Shown here: in pieces, positions 18,845 through 27,368 of the stretch
Layout of the letters: every line of letters begins with the position of its first letter
Numbering within the stretch: the first letter of the stretch is position 1
From: a virus
Lineage: Duplodnaviria > Caudoviricetes
Direction: 5' to 3' (one strand)
DNA: 38,596 nt
Virus record (IMG/VR): IMGVR_UViG_3300017780_001773
Location: 1 to 38,596 of that record
The notes under the pieces: generated by a model
Seen by the model: only the letters and a program-made list of their open reading frames with translations
What the model was told of the DNA's origin: nothing
Database searches by the model: none
Program-made: the position numbers and the translations under genes

Positions 18845-19949
18845 CGACACCCTATCTGCTGCCATCCAGGAAGCTCTCACGATCTGCCCACAATCCGTCC
18901 GGGAAATCCAGACCATCGAGATTGTCCAGCCCGGGAACCCCTACGTCACCTCCACCCTGGAACTCTGCCTGTGCGTGGACACCACCGGGTCCATGGGGGG
19001 ACTGATTGACACCCTGATCACTGCAGTGCAGCAGGTGGTGGACGAGCTGCAGGAGGACTTTGTCAAGGTTTCTGTGGCGGTGGTCGAGTTCAAGGGCACC
19101 GATGACGAGGAACCATTTGGTGAAGATGAGGACGGCCCCCCTGAGATCATCACGGGGGATCGTTTCCGCACCGTGGAGGTGGCTTCCGGGGAGCTTGACG
19201 AGCTTGTTGCGGAGGGAGGTGGGGACACGGAGGAGGACGGCTACGGAGCCATCTGCGTTGCCTGCGCAGGACTCCCTTGGACGGAAACCTTGGGTAATGC
19301 CCGGGCCATATTCCTGCTGACAGACGCACCCAGCCATACCCGCACCAACTCGCTGGCTGAGGCTTCTGACGCAATGACGGACCTGGACATCAAGTTCTTC
19401 TATGGCCCGTATGACGACGGGGGTGACGGCTACGATGACCTAGTGGACGCTACCGGGGGTGCCCTGATCGAAGCACCAGACTTCAGCACCCCTGCTGCAT
19501 TACGGGCAACCCTGGTGGCCTTGCTGCGGGAGCTGTCTGAGGATGAGGGTCTTGATCCGATCTACCTGGTGAACGACAACGTGCCTCTCATCGCTGCCTT
19601 GGAAACAGAGGAGGTGGTGACCTTTGCCCCACGGGGGTTTGCGCTGAACACGTCAGGGTCCGGGGAGGACGGCGTCAAGGGCATCGGTATCACCATTGAC
19701 AACCATGATCTCCAGGTGTCCAAGTATCTGGCCCAAGCTTCCCTGCGCACTGCTCCGGTGGAAATCCGCTACCGCGTGTACTCGTCAGATGATTCATCCG
19801 GTCCCCAGAACAACCCACCGATTACCCTTTACCTTGGTCCTGTTGAGATCCAGGGAAACAAGGTCAGCGGGGAGGCACGCTGGATCGACATCCAGAATTC
19901 AGAGTTCCCCACCCTCTTCTACGACAAGGCACACTTCCCCGGATTATGA
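18837..19949 (+). CDS. DUF1833-like tail tip protein with inserted VWA domain
   Basis: N-terminal 'A...IQTIEI..P' and C-terminal 'PIYLVND...F.P.GF...IDN...YRVY.S.D...P...FP...Y....FPGL' flank a 'LCVDTTGSMG...GGGD..ED...FLLTDAPSH' VWA domain. Confidence 0.8.
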   Translation: MPDDTLSAAIQEALTICPQSVREIQTIEIVQPGNPYVTSTLELCLCVDTTGSMGGLIDTLITAVQQVVDELQEDFVKVSVAVVEFKGTDDEEPFGEDEDGPPEIITGDRFRTVEVASGELDELVAEGGGDTEEDGYGAICVACAGLPWTETLGNARAIFLLTDAPSHTRTNSLAEASDAMTDLDIKFFYGPYDDGGDGYDDLVDATGGALIEAPDFSTPAALRATLVALLRELSEDEGLDPIYLVNDNVPLIAALETEEVVTFAPRGFALNTSGSGEDGVKGIGITIDNHDLQVSKYLAQASLRTAPVEIRYRVYSSDDSSGPQNNPPITLYLGPVEIQGNKVSGEARWIDIQNSEFPTLFYDKAHFPGL

Positions 19950-20335
19950 GCTGGACCATCCCATACCTCTTCAGGCACTATGACGCAGTAGGGTTCAACT
20001 GCTGGCATCTGGTCTGCGAGGTTTACCGGGAGCAGCTTGGCATTGAACTGGAGCACTACAACGGGGTTGACCCCCGGGACCCCCTTGCTGTGGGGAGGAA
20101 CATGGAACTGGGGCTGACTGAATGGCTGCCCTGTGATCCTGACACCTACCTCGCCATTGCCCCGATGGCACGCAAGCGTAACCCGTTCCACGTTGGAGTG
20201 GTGGTTGCCCCCGGGAAGATTCTCCACATAGCAGCAGGCTGCAACGCTTGTGTGCAGAGCCCAACGGACCTGGCCACCCAAGGTTTCCACCGCATCAAAT
20301 ACTACCGTCATGCCCAAAATCTACCACGTAGCTAA
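19946..20335 (+). CDS. NlpC/P60 tail tip assembly protein (gpK-like)
   Basis: 'FNCWHLV' catalytic Cys; 'FHVGV...ILH'. Confidence 0.85.
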   Translation: MSWTIPYLFRHYDAVGFNCWHLVCEVYREQLGIELEHYNGVDPRDPLAVGRNMELGLTEWLPCDPDTYLAIAPMARKRNPFHVGVVVAPGKILHIAAGCNACVQSPTDLATQGFHRIKYYRHAQNLPRS

Positions 20336-23300
20336 TCCCTACGCCCCACTGGACGAACTGGAGGCAAGCACTGTCTCCCCCGGCACAACCATCATGGAAT
20401 ACCTGGTGCGCAAGTACCCGGGATTCCTGGAGTTCTCTGAGCCCACGATCTGTGTGGTCAATGGAGCTGGCTGGCTGCGGGCGGATTGGGTCACCACCCA
20501 ACTCAAGGATGGCGACATGGTTGTGTTCATGCCCGCAGTGGGGGGGACCGCTGTCATCTACGCAGTGATTGCCATTGTGATCGCAGTGGCTGTGGTCGTG
20601 TTCATGGATTTTGCGATCCCGGCGAACGAGGGGCTGCCGTCATCCGATCCGGTTTACTCCCTCAGTGGCCAGCAGAACCAGAACAAGAAAGGTGAACCCA
20701 TTGAGAAGCATTACGGCCACGTGCGCCACTGGCCATCCCTCGCGTCCCGTCCGTACAACCAGTTCCATGGTGATGATGAGTATCTGTACCTGCTCCTGTG
20801 CGTGGGTATCGGCAAATACTACGTGGATGAGATCCTCAACGACGACACCCCCATTGGGGAACTGAATGACGTGGAGTATGAGGTCCTCCCCCCGGGCAAA
20901 AAAGTCACGTTGTTCCCCACGTTCGTGGAGACGTCAACTGAAGTTGGGGGGATTGACCTGACCGCCCCGAATGAGCCTGACTACGACTGGTCAGGATGGT
21001 TCGTGCTGACCTCCGTGGGGGCCAAGACCCATCACATTGAGCTTGACATCAGTTTTCGCCAGGGACTCTACAAGTCAAGCAAGGGAGGGGGGACCGATCC
21101 GGCCACGGTTGAGCTGGAGTTTGAATACCAGCGGATCAACGATGCAGGGACCGCAGTGGGGTCTGAAGGGTCCCTGTGGACCCCCGAAATTGAGCTCAAC
21201 ACCACCCAGCAGCGGAGGTTCACCAAACGGTTTGAAGTCCCCAAGCCGGGCAGGTATCAGGTCCGGGGACGGCGCATCACGGATCATATGGACGATGATG
21301 ATGACGGACTGGTGCGCGATGTGGTGACGTGGGAACGAGCGCGGGCATTTAACAAGACACACCAGAACTTTGGCAACGTCACCCTCCTGGCCATCAAGGC
21401 ACGGGCCACCAAGCAACTCAACAACCAGTCCCAGAATCGCTGGAACGTGCGGTTGCGGACCAAGACCAAGGTGTGGACCGGGGACACCTGGGAACTCCAG
21501 GACACCCGCTCACCGATCTGGGCGGCAGTGGACATCCTCCGTGCCAAGTATGGGCGGGGGCTCACCAATAAGCACATCAACCTCATCACCATGGGAGAGA
21601 TCGCCAGTGATGTGGAGGAGGATGGAATCAACTTTGACTGGACCTTTGACCAGCGTGACACCGTCTGGCCAGCGATCAATGTGTGCCTCAACGTCTGCCG
21701 TGCCCGTCCAGTGATCCCCAACGCACAGGTGTCCGTCGTCCGGGACGTTGCGATGACTGAGGCCACCATCGGGTTCAACTCACACAACATCCGTCCCGGG
21801 TCCTTCAAGGTGTCCATGAAGCTGCCAGTGGTGGGGGACCACGACGGGCTGGAGGTTGAGTACATCAACGATACCTCGTGGGAACGGGAGACAGTTCTGT
21901 GCTTGCTGGACACCGACAAGGGCACCAACCCAAAACGGATCAGGCTGTCTGGTTGCACTGACCGGGACATGGCCTACCGCTGGGGACTCGCAACCCGCGC
22001 CATGGAAATTGACCAGATTGTCAACATTGAGCTGTCCACGGGGATCGAAGGGGGAACGGCAGTGTTTGGGGACCTTGTGGCCGTGCAGCACGATCTGCTT
22101 CCCGTGCCCCACGACAACCCGCAGGACCAGACGGGGAGGCTTGCCCATGGGGCCATCACCACCGGTGGGGGTAACACTGATGTGGTGCTCCCGGTGATCC
22201 CCGTTTTCACAGCTCCGTTTGTCCACCGCATTTCGATCCGGGACCGGACGGGACTGGTGCAAGGACCCTACACCTGCGTAGCACACCCCAGTGACCCCTA
22301 CGCCGTGCGCATCGCCATTACCCTGGACACGGAGCTGCTTGAGGTCCCCGCTGACGCAGAGGCAGCACTCTACTGGTTCGGACGGAGTGGCAGGGAAATG
22401 ATGCTGTGCAAGGCCACCAAGATCGCACCAGCGGAGGGGGACAACATCACGCTGACCCTGGTTCCTTACACTGAACGGGTGTACTCGTTTGGAGCTGCCA
22501 CGGCACCGCCGCTTGACGCTGCCCCGTCCGTAGTGACTGCGCCCAAGAAACCTGTTGTTGAGGGCCTGGCGGTGCACTACCTCCCGGACTCCATCAGTGA
22601 AGCACTGGTCACGTGGGCACCGGCCCAAGGGGCAGGCTACTACCGGGTGGAGAAGTCCAACGATGGTGGGGTCACATACACGTTTGTGGACAACACCCAG
22701 GTGGCCAGCTACCGGATGATCGTCCGGGATGAGCACATGTACCTGCGGGTAGCCGGGATCGGATCAGTGGGCATTGGTCCTTGGGCACTTTGGGATGGCA
22801 CCGTGGGTGGCCAGATCCGGGTCCCCCGGAAGATCAAAGGACTGCGGCTTGAACGCCCATTCAAGAGTGACGTGCTGTACGTGCTCTGGGATTCTGAGTT
22901 CCTGGCGGACGAGTACAATGTCCAGATCTACCTTGACACTGACCTGCTAACTGAGTTCACCGTGGAGGACCCCCGGGCCAGCTACGACGCAGTACAGGCC
23001 AAGGCAGACGCAGTAACAGCCGTCCTGGACCTGGACCGCACCCTCAAGGTCAAGGTTGCCGGGGTGAACTCCATTGGCACCGGGGTGTACTCCAGCATCC
23101 TGACGGTGACCAACCCAAAACCGGCCACCCTCACCGGGATGAGTTCAGATGTGCTAAACACCGTGGGCAGCCGCACGTTCGTCCTCCTGGAATGGGATCA
23201 GGCACCAGACAGCGCCTACGTGGAGTCCTACTGGCTGTGGATCAAGTATGGCACTAGCGGGGTGGGCACCGGGTCTTACGATGTGCGCAAGAAGATGGCG

Positions 23301-23426
23301 GGCAACTCCTACCAGGTCCGGGTGGACGCGGCTGACTATGGCACCATGTACTGGAAGGTAGCGGCCAAGGATCGCTGGGGTGAGGACATGAACCTCTGCG
23401 CAGAACAGTCCGTCACCGTCCCATAA
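20310..23426 (+). CDS. Central tail tip / host specificity protein (gpI-like N-terminus, gpJ-like body, FN3-like repeats)
   Basis: About 1040 aa; 'Q.N..K.GEPI...YG...WP' motif; C-terminal FN3-like 'VTW....A.YY.V' repeats. Confidence 0.85.
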   Translation: MPKIYHVANPYAPLDELEASTVSPGTTIMEYLVRKYPGFLEFSEPTICVVNGAGWLRADWVTTQLKDGDMVVFMPAVGGTAVIYAVIAIVIAVAVVVFMDFAIPANEGLPSSDPVYSLSGQQNQNKKGEPIEKHYGHVRHWPSLASRPYNQFHGDDEYLYLLLCVGIGKYYVDEILNDDTPIGELNDVEYEVLPPGKKVTLFPTFVETSTEVGGIDLTAPNEPDYDWSGWFVLTSVGAKTHHIELDISFRQGLYKSSKGGGTDPATVELEFEYQRINDAGTAVGSEGSLWTPEIELNTTQQRRFTKRFEVPKPGRYQVRGRRITDHMDDDDDGLVRDVVTWERARAFNKTHQNFGNVTLLAIKARATKQLNNQSQNRWNVRLRTKTKVWTGDTWELQDTRSPIWAAVDILRAKYGRGLTNKHINLITMGEIASDVEEDGINFDWTFDQRDTVWPAINVCLNVCRARPVIPNAQVSVVRDVAMTEATIGFNSHNIRPGSFKVSMKLPVVGDHDGLEVEYINDTSWERETVLCLLDTDKGTNPKRIRLSGCTDRDMAYRWGLATRAMEIDQIVNIELSTGIEGGTAVFGDLVAVQHDLLPVPHDNPQDQTGRLAHGAITTGGGNTDVVLPVIPVFTAPFVHRISIRDRTGLVQGPYTCVAHPSDPYAVRIAITLDTELLEVPADAEAALYWFGRSGREMMLCKATKIAPAEGDNITLTLVPYTERVYSFGAATAPPLDAAPSVVTAPKKPVVEGLAVHYLPDSISEALVTWAPAQGAGYYRVEKSNDGGVTYTFVDNTQVASYRMIVRDEHMYLRVAGIGSVGIGPWALWDGTVGGQIRVPRKIKGLRLERPFKSDVLYVLWDSEFLADEYNVQIYLDTDLLTEFTVEDPRASYDAVQAKADAVTAVLDLDRTLKVKVAGVNSIGTGVYSSILTVTNPKPATLTGMSSDVLNTVGSRTFVLLEWDQAPDSAYVESYWLWIKYGTSGVGTGSYDVRKKMAGNSYQVRVDAADYGTMYWKVAAKDRWGEDMNLCAEQSVTVP

Positions 23427-23453
23427 CTTTCTCAGGGGCAACCCGGAAACAAG

Positions 23454-23489
23454 ACTGCCCGGAAAGGTTGGGGGACCTGACCGGGCAGT
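23454..23489. terminator. Stem-loop between the convergent arms (candidate bidirectional terminator)
   Basis: ACTGCCCGG...CCGGGCAGT 9-bp stem with inner AGGT/ACCT, between stop codons at 23426 (+) and 23503 (-). Confidence 0.6.
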
Positions 23490-23502
23490 TGCGTTGTTGG
23501 GG

Positions 23503-23847
23503 TCAGGGTTTGTTGAAGACCCCGGATGCGTACATTGTGTGCAACTGGTCGTGGAACTCCACGAGCTTCTTGAACCCCTCCACCCCCCAGAGGACCTCAA
23601 TGTCAGTCTCGATGTTGCGGGGGTGCCGTCCTTCCTCATGGTAGGCACGCAGGGTCCCGTCCCCTGCCACGTAGAACACCTGGAACCCACAAAGGGGGAT
23701 CTTCAGTTCTGACTCAGGCAGGTTGAGGCTGCGGAGTTCCTCATTGATCCTGCGCACAATCTCCTGCTTCAGCGCGGCAATCGCTTGGGCAGGGGTGACG
23801 TTGACCTCCATGTGGTCCTTGCGGGTGACTACTACTCCAATTTTCAT
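23503..23847 (-). CDS. Hypothetical protein
   Basis: ATG at 23847 with AC-rich leader (ACCATACAAGCAC); 114 aa. Confidence 0.65.
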   Translation of the reverse strand: MKIGVVVTRKDHMEVNVTPAQAIAALKQEIVRRINEELRSLNLPESELKIPLCGFQVFYVAGDGTLRAYHEEGRHPRNIETDIEVLWGVEGFKKLVEFHDQLHTMYASGVFNKP

Positions 23848-23866
23848 GTGCTTGTATGGTTGGTTG

Positions 23867-24070
23867 TTAGCGGTAGAATTCAGCATCAGGGTAGAGGTCA
23901 AGGACCTTGGCCTTGGCATCGCCGCGATCCTTGGCGCGGACTACGCCCATGCGCCGTTTCTTGAACGTGTAGAACAGGTACAGGCGGGTGGACTCAAAAG
24001 TGCCAGCTGCCGTCCGGGTCATGGTGACCGTCTGGCAGCGGAGGTTAGTCTTGATGGGGATTTGGCTCAT
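23867..24070 (-). CDS. Hypothetical small basic protein
   Basis: ATG preceded by ACTACCACA and a conserved hairpin. Confidence 0.65.
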   Translation of the reverse strand: MSQIPIKTNLRCQTVTMTRTAAGTFESTRLYLFYTFKKRRMGVVRAKDRGDAKAKVLDLYPDAEFYR

Positions 24071-24109
24071 TGTGGTAGTGGGGTTCCCCGGGGGATTGGA
24101 CCCCGGGGA
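24071..24109 (-). repeat. Leader repeat (CCCGGGG hairpin plus ACTACCACA), copy 1
   Basis: On the - strand: CCCCGGGG-TCCAATC-CCCCGGGG...ACTACCACA-ATG. Confidence 0.8.
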
Positions 24110-24129
24110 GGGGTTAGGGGTTTGGTTGG

Positions 24130-24402
24130 TTACTCAGCAGCCTCATCCAGCTTCTCTGTGACCTCGTCAATCGACTCAACGAGGGAGTCCGCGTCACTGC
24201 CAGCGTCCTGGAGCAGGCTGATGACTTCCTCTGCGCGCTGGCCCTTGTCACCTCCCTGGAGGGACTCAGGCATGTTGTCAAAATACTCCTGTTCCTCATC
24301 CTCCAGGTTCTGGATGTCTGAGCGGATGTCCTCCAGCTCCGACTTGGATGCCTCAAGGCGTGCGATGAGGGACTTGATCTGTTTGCGTCTGTCTGTGTTC
24401 AT
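24130..24402 (-). CDS. Conserved acidic helical phage protein
   Basis: 'MN..RRK...EEQEYFDNMPESLQ...KG' pattern seen in a widespread phage hypothetical family. Confidence 0.75.
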   Translation of the reverse strand: MNTDRRKQIKSLIARLEASKSELEDIRSDIQNLEDEEQEYFDNMPESLQGGDKGQRAEEVISLLQDAGSDADSLVESIDEVTEKLDEAAE

Positions 24403-24445
24403 TGTGGTAGTGTGTTTGGGGTTGCCCGGGGGATCGGACCCCGGG
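24403..24445 (-). repeat. Leader repeat (CCCGGGG hairpin plus ACTACCACA), copy 2
   Basis: On the - strand: CCCGGGG-TCCGATC-CCCCGGG...ACTACCACA-ATG. Confidence 0.8.
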
Positions 24446-24455
24446 AGTTGGTTGT

Positions 24456-25004
24456 TCAGCCGTGGGTGAGTTCCTCCTGGTCACGCTCTTTCTTGGCCCA
24501 TGCGTCCTCCTTGGCACGTTGAGCCTCACGAGCTTCATATGCCTCCTGTGACTCCTTGATGCGGGCCATGATCGCGTCCCACTCTGCCTTGCGCTCAGGC
24601 TCACGTGCCTTGACCTCCTTGGCAGCCTCCTCAAGGATGTAGGTCCCAAAGGTGTCCCCGGACCCTTCCTGGCTGAAAGCGTCCACGAGCAGGCGGATCA
24701 TATCACCGATGGTGCCCTGACCACTGTCCCGGGCTGCGTCACGAGCGGCGTGGAACGGGTTGACGGGGGTGAAGGTGTAGGCTGTGAAGGGGTCAATGTT
24801 CCCGTGCTTCTCATCAGCCCAGGTGCCCTGCTTGAGAGCTGCCTTGGCGGTCATGGAGCTGATCCCGTGGCCGCCCCAATGGTTGCCATTGTTCCACTCG
24901 AATCTCCAGTGACCCACGGCTGGGGCTGTGAGGCTGTTGCGATGAGTGAGGCGATACTTGGCTGGGTTGCCAGTGACTTTTTCGATGATTTCAGTGGTTT
25001 TCAT
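24456..25004 (-). CDS. Hypothetical protein
   Basis: ATG at 25004 preceded by ACTACCACACGACC; charged helical C-terminus. Confidence 0.65.
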   Translation of the reverse strand: MKTTEIIEKVTGNPAKYRLTHRNSLTAPAVGHWRFEWNNGNHWGGHGISSMTAKAALKQGTWADEKHGNIDPFTAYTFTPVNPFHAARDAARDSGQGTIGDMIRLLVDAFSQEGSGDTFGTYILEEAAKEVKAREPERKAEWDAIMARIKESQEAYEAREAQRAKEDAWAKKERDQEELTHG

Positions 25005-25080
25005 GGTCGTGTGGTAGTTCGGATGGTAGTGTCTCTCAACGACGTAACCAAACTGGATCTTCACCCAATCGGGCAAGAAC

Positions 25081-25103
25081 TATTTTGCTCAGCTGGCAAA
25101 ATA
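25081..25103. promoter_or_regulatory. Palindromic operator-like site
   Basis: TATTTTGC-N7-GCAAAATA perfect 8-bp inverted repeat upstream of the early-type gene block. Confidence 0.45.
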
Positions 25104-25129
25104 CTTTTCCAGCCTGTCCTCCGTTCCAC

Positions 25130-25236
25130 CAACCGTACAAAAACTTGTCGGAACAGGACCAGCTGACCCAATACCCACGAAACAGCCCCAGTTGCCAGAA
25201 CACACCATTCTGCGCAAACCTGGGGCTGTTGGTCAG
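25130..25236. repeat. Dispersed intergenic repeat, copy B, with extended hairpin
   Basis: Matches 12981-13073; includes AACAGCCCCAG...CTGGGGCTGTT 11-bp stem. Confidence 0.85.
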
Positions 25237-25238
25237 TT

Positions 25239-25700
25239 TCACAGTAGCTCCGATCCCTCTGGGGCATCCGGGTCATACTGCCGGATCAGGGTGTCAATGC
25301 GGTCAAGGCAGCTGGCCAGGGTCTTGCGTCCGTGATCCACCTGGTGGTGCAGCAGACGGTTGATGACATGCCCCTCGTCCGGTCCCACCCCGTTGGCAAG
25401 GCAGAACTCGTTCACCTTGATGCGAAACTTCAGCGGGTTCAGATCGACGGGGACCCCTGACTTGCGAGGCTCACGCCCCAGGGTGTCATAGTCCTCGTGG
25501 ATCAACAGCTCCACGTAGTGCCGAGCTTTCTTGAGGTCCTCCAGCCCGTTCTTCTTGCGGTGGCGGACCAGGTACTTGACGGCTGCAGCTTCACACCAGG
25601 GTATCCGATTCTGCTGGCAGAAGCTGACATGCTGGATCTTGCTGACGTAGTGGGTGCCCCCTACTTGCTTGTTAAGTGGGGACGGTGCTTGGGTTGACAT
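25239..25700 (-). CDS. DUF3310 (T7 gp1.7-like nucleotide kinase family) protein with a degenerate second repeat
   Basis: 'QVGGTHY...IQ...AVKYLVRHRKKNGLEDLKKARHYVELLI'. Confidence 0.85.
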   Translation of the reverse strand: MSTQAPSPLNKQVGGTHYVSKIQHVSFCQQNRIPWCEAAAVKYLVRHRKKNGLEDLKKARHYVELLIHEDYDTLGREPRKSGVPVDLNPLKFRIKVNEFCLANGVGPDEGHVINRLLHHQVDHGRKTLASCLDRIDTLIRQYDPDAPEGSELL

Positions 25701-26322
25701 ATGGTTGTTTGGGTGAGTGAACAGCTAGGAAGTCCTTGAGAGTGGAGTAGTAGGGACTGGTGTCATGACCAAGGAGAAGGACGAAACGGTACACGGCCCA
25801 GACCCGCTCCCCTTCCCCGTCGTTGAAGTGGTGGTGGTCACTGACCAGAAGCTGTTGGATGGCCGTGGACCAGCGGAGTGCCACAACGGGTTTCCCCCGC
25901 TCATGCCCGGTCAAGCACCAGCGGAGTCCCTCCAGCATGTCTGCCAGCTTCAGGAACAACTCTTGACGATGGCTGAGACGGGTCTGCACCAGGAAGTGGT
26001 CCATGTCCGCCTGAAGCTCCATACGGTCCATATGGGCCTTGAGTTCCGGGGAAGATCGCTTGACGGTGAACGGCATGTCACCCGTGATCAGCTCTGCGGC
26101 GTCATGGAGGATGGCATTGCTCACCACCCAGCGATCCTCTGGGTCAATCATCATCCCAAGGGCCACCAGGATCGCGGCCACACCAAACGAGTGGTGCCCT
26201 ACCGTCTGCCCCGTGATAGTCGGGACAGCGTGAAACCGGACAACCTCCCCGGCATCGAGGATGTTGAGGGTGCGCTGGGCAAGGTCTGCCCGGGTTTCGG
26301 GGTCAAGCTGTGAAGAGTTCAT
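25672..26322 (-). CDS. HD-domain deoxynucleotide phosphohydrolase (YfbR/DatZ-like)
   Basis: 'VRFH...QTVGHHSFGVA...LHDAAELITGDMP...LKLADMLE'. Confidence 0.88.
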   Translation of the reverse strand: MNSSQLDPETRADLAQRTLNILDAGEVVRFHAVPTITGQTVGHHSFGVAAILVALGMMIDPEDRWVVSNAILHDAAELITGDMPFTVKRSSPELKAHMDRMELQADMDHFLVQTRLSHRQELFLKLADMLEGLRWCLTGHERGKPVVALRWSTAIQQLLVSDHHHFNDGEGERVWAVYRFVLLLGHDTSPYYSTLKDFLAVHSPKQPYVNPSTVPT

Positions 26323-27355
26323 CAGGGTAGGCAAGTAGGTGTGGTGAGACGACGATCCCTTGACGGCGCTTGAACCAGATCAGGCCAGCAGTGCGCCAGT
26401 CCAATGATCCCACCATCTGGAGGGAACGGTAGGCAAGGTCCTTTTCCCCGTTCTTCCAGCAGATGAAAGCCACGGCCATTGGGAGGACCGTGCAATCAAG
26501 GAAGGGGTTCCCCCGGGGGGTGAAGCCGTCAACGGACCCGTCGATGTTGCCCTTCAGTTCTGCCAAGAAGTGGGTGACGTTGCGGTCAAACTCATCCGCA
26601 TACCCCGTGAACAGGCGGGTTTGCCCTGCGTCAGGGTACAGCAGGTTGCGCAAATCGTCCCCCAGCACCGCAGGCCATTTGGGGTTGTTGAGATACACGT
26701 GGAGGTTGGCAGACGAATGGTGCCAGACACCCATCTGCAGGTCCAAGGCGCAGGCCACGTATTCCTGGAAGAACGAAAGGTGCACCACGTTGGCTCCCGT
26801 CACACCACCCCAGATCGCGTCATTGGAACGGTTGAACGTGGTCATGTTGACCCGTCCGTTCTCCACCTCAAAGATCATCGTGAGGTTGCACGCTTTGTCC
26901 TTGGTCTTGGTTCCAAGGTCCAGGTCCGGGTCCCACAGGCAGATCACGGCCTGACGGCTTTCCGGGTCCGCGTGGAGAATCTTGCACACCTCCTTCAGCT
27001 GGTCAATTTGGTCTGACACGCGGTAGGCTCGTGCCCGGGTCCCGTAGAATGCATTGTACCGCTGGCCATCGTCGCTGAACAGGAGCATGTTCTTGGCGAA
27101 GTAGCTGAGCAGCTCCACGTCGTTGCCGGTGTCACCAGCGAGCATAGCCACCGACTCGATCAGATGGAAGAACGGGTTGGCATCCCGCTCTGCTCCAAAA
27201 TTGACCCGCTCCCAAGGATGACGGAGGGTGATTGTGGTTACCCCAGGCAGACGCAGGGCAGGTCCGTTCCGGGTGTTGACGGGGACCCCGTGGCGGTGCA
27301 TGCGGTCATAGAGGACCGGCGCAAGGTCATTAGTGTTTCGGGCAGTGAATTCCAT
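26303..27355 (-). CDS. Thymidylate synthase homologue, probable dUMP hydroxymethyltransferase
   Basis: 'RDANPFFH', 'FSDDG', 'DPESRQAV', catalytic 'KDKACN', and 'RSNDAIWG...GAN' with Asn at the uracil-specificity position. Confidence 0.88.
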   Translation of the reverse strand: MEFTARNTNDLAPVLYDRMHRHGVPVNTRNGPALRLPGVTTITLRHPWERVNFGAERDANPFFHLIESVAMLAGDTGNDVELLSYFAKNMLLFSDDGQRYNAFYGTRARAYRVSDQIDQLKEVCKILHADPESRQAVICLWDPDLDLGTKTKDKACNLTMIFEVENGRVNMTTFNRSNDAIWGGVTGANVVHLSFFQEYVACALDLQMGVWHHSSANLHVYLNNPKWPAVLGDDLRNLLYPDAGQTRLFTGYADEFDRNVTHFLAELKGNIDGSVDGFTPRGNPFLDCTVLPMAVAFICWKNGEKDLAYRSLQMVGSLDWRTAGLIWFKRRQGIVVSPHLLAYPDELFTA

Positions 27356-27368
27356 GGTATTAGTGGTG

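Noticed and set aside
25672-26322. Z-base (2-aminoadenine) pathway suggested by the DatZ-like HD protein
   Set aside because: No PurZ or MazZ in the window; the neighbours are uracil-modification enzymes.
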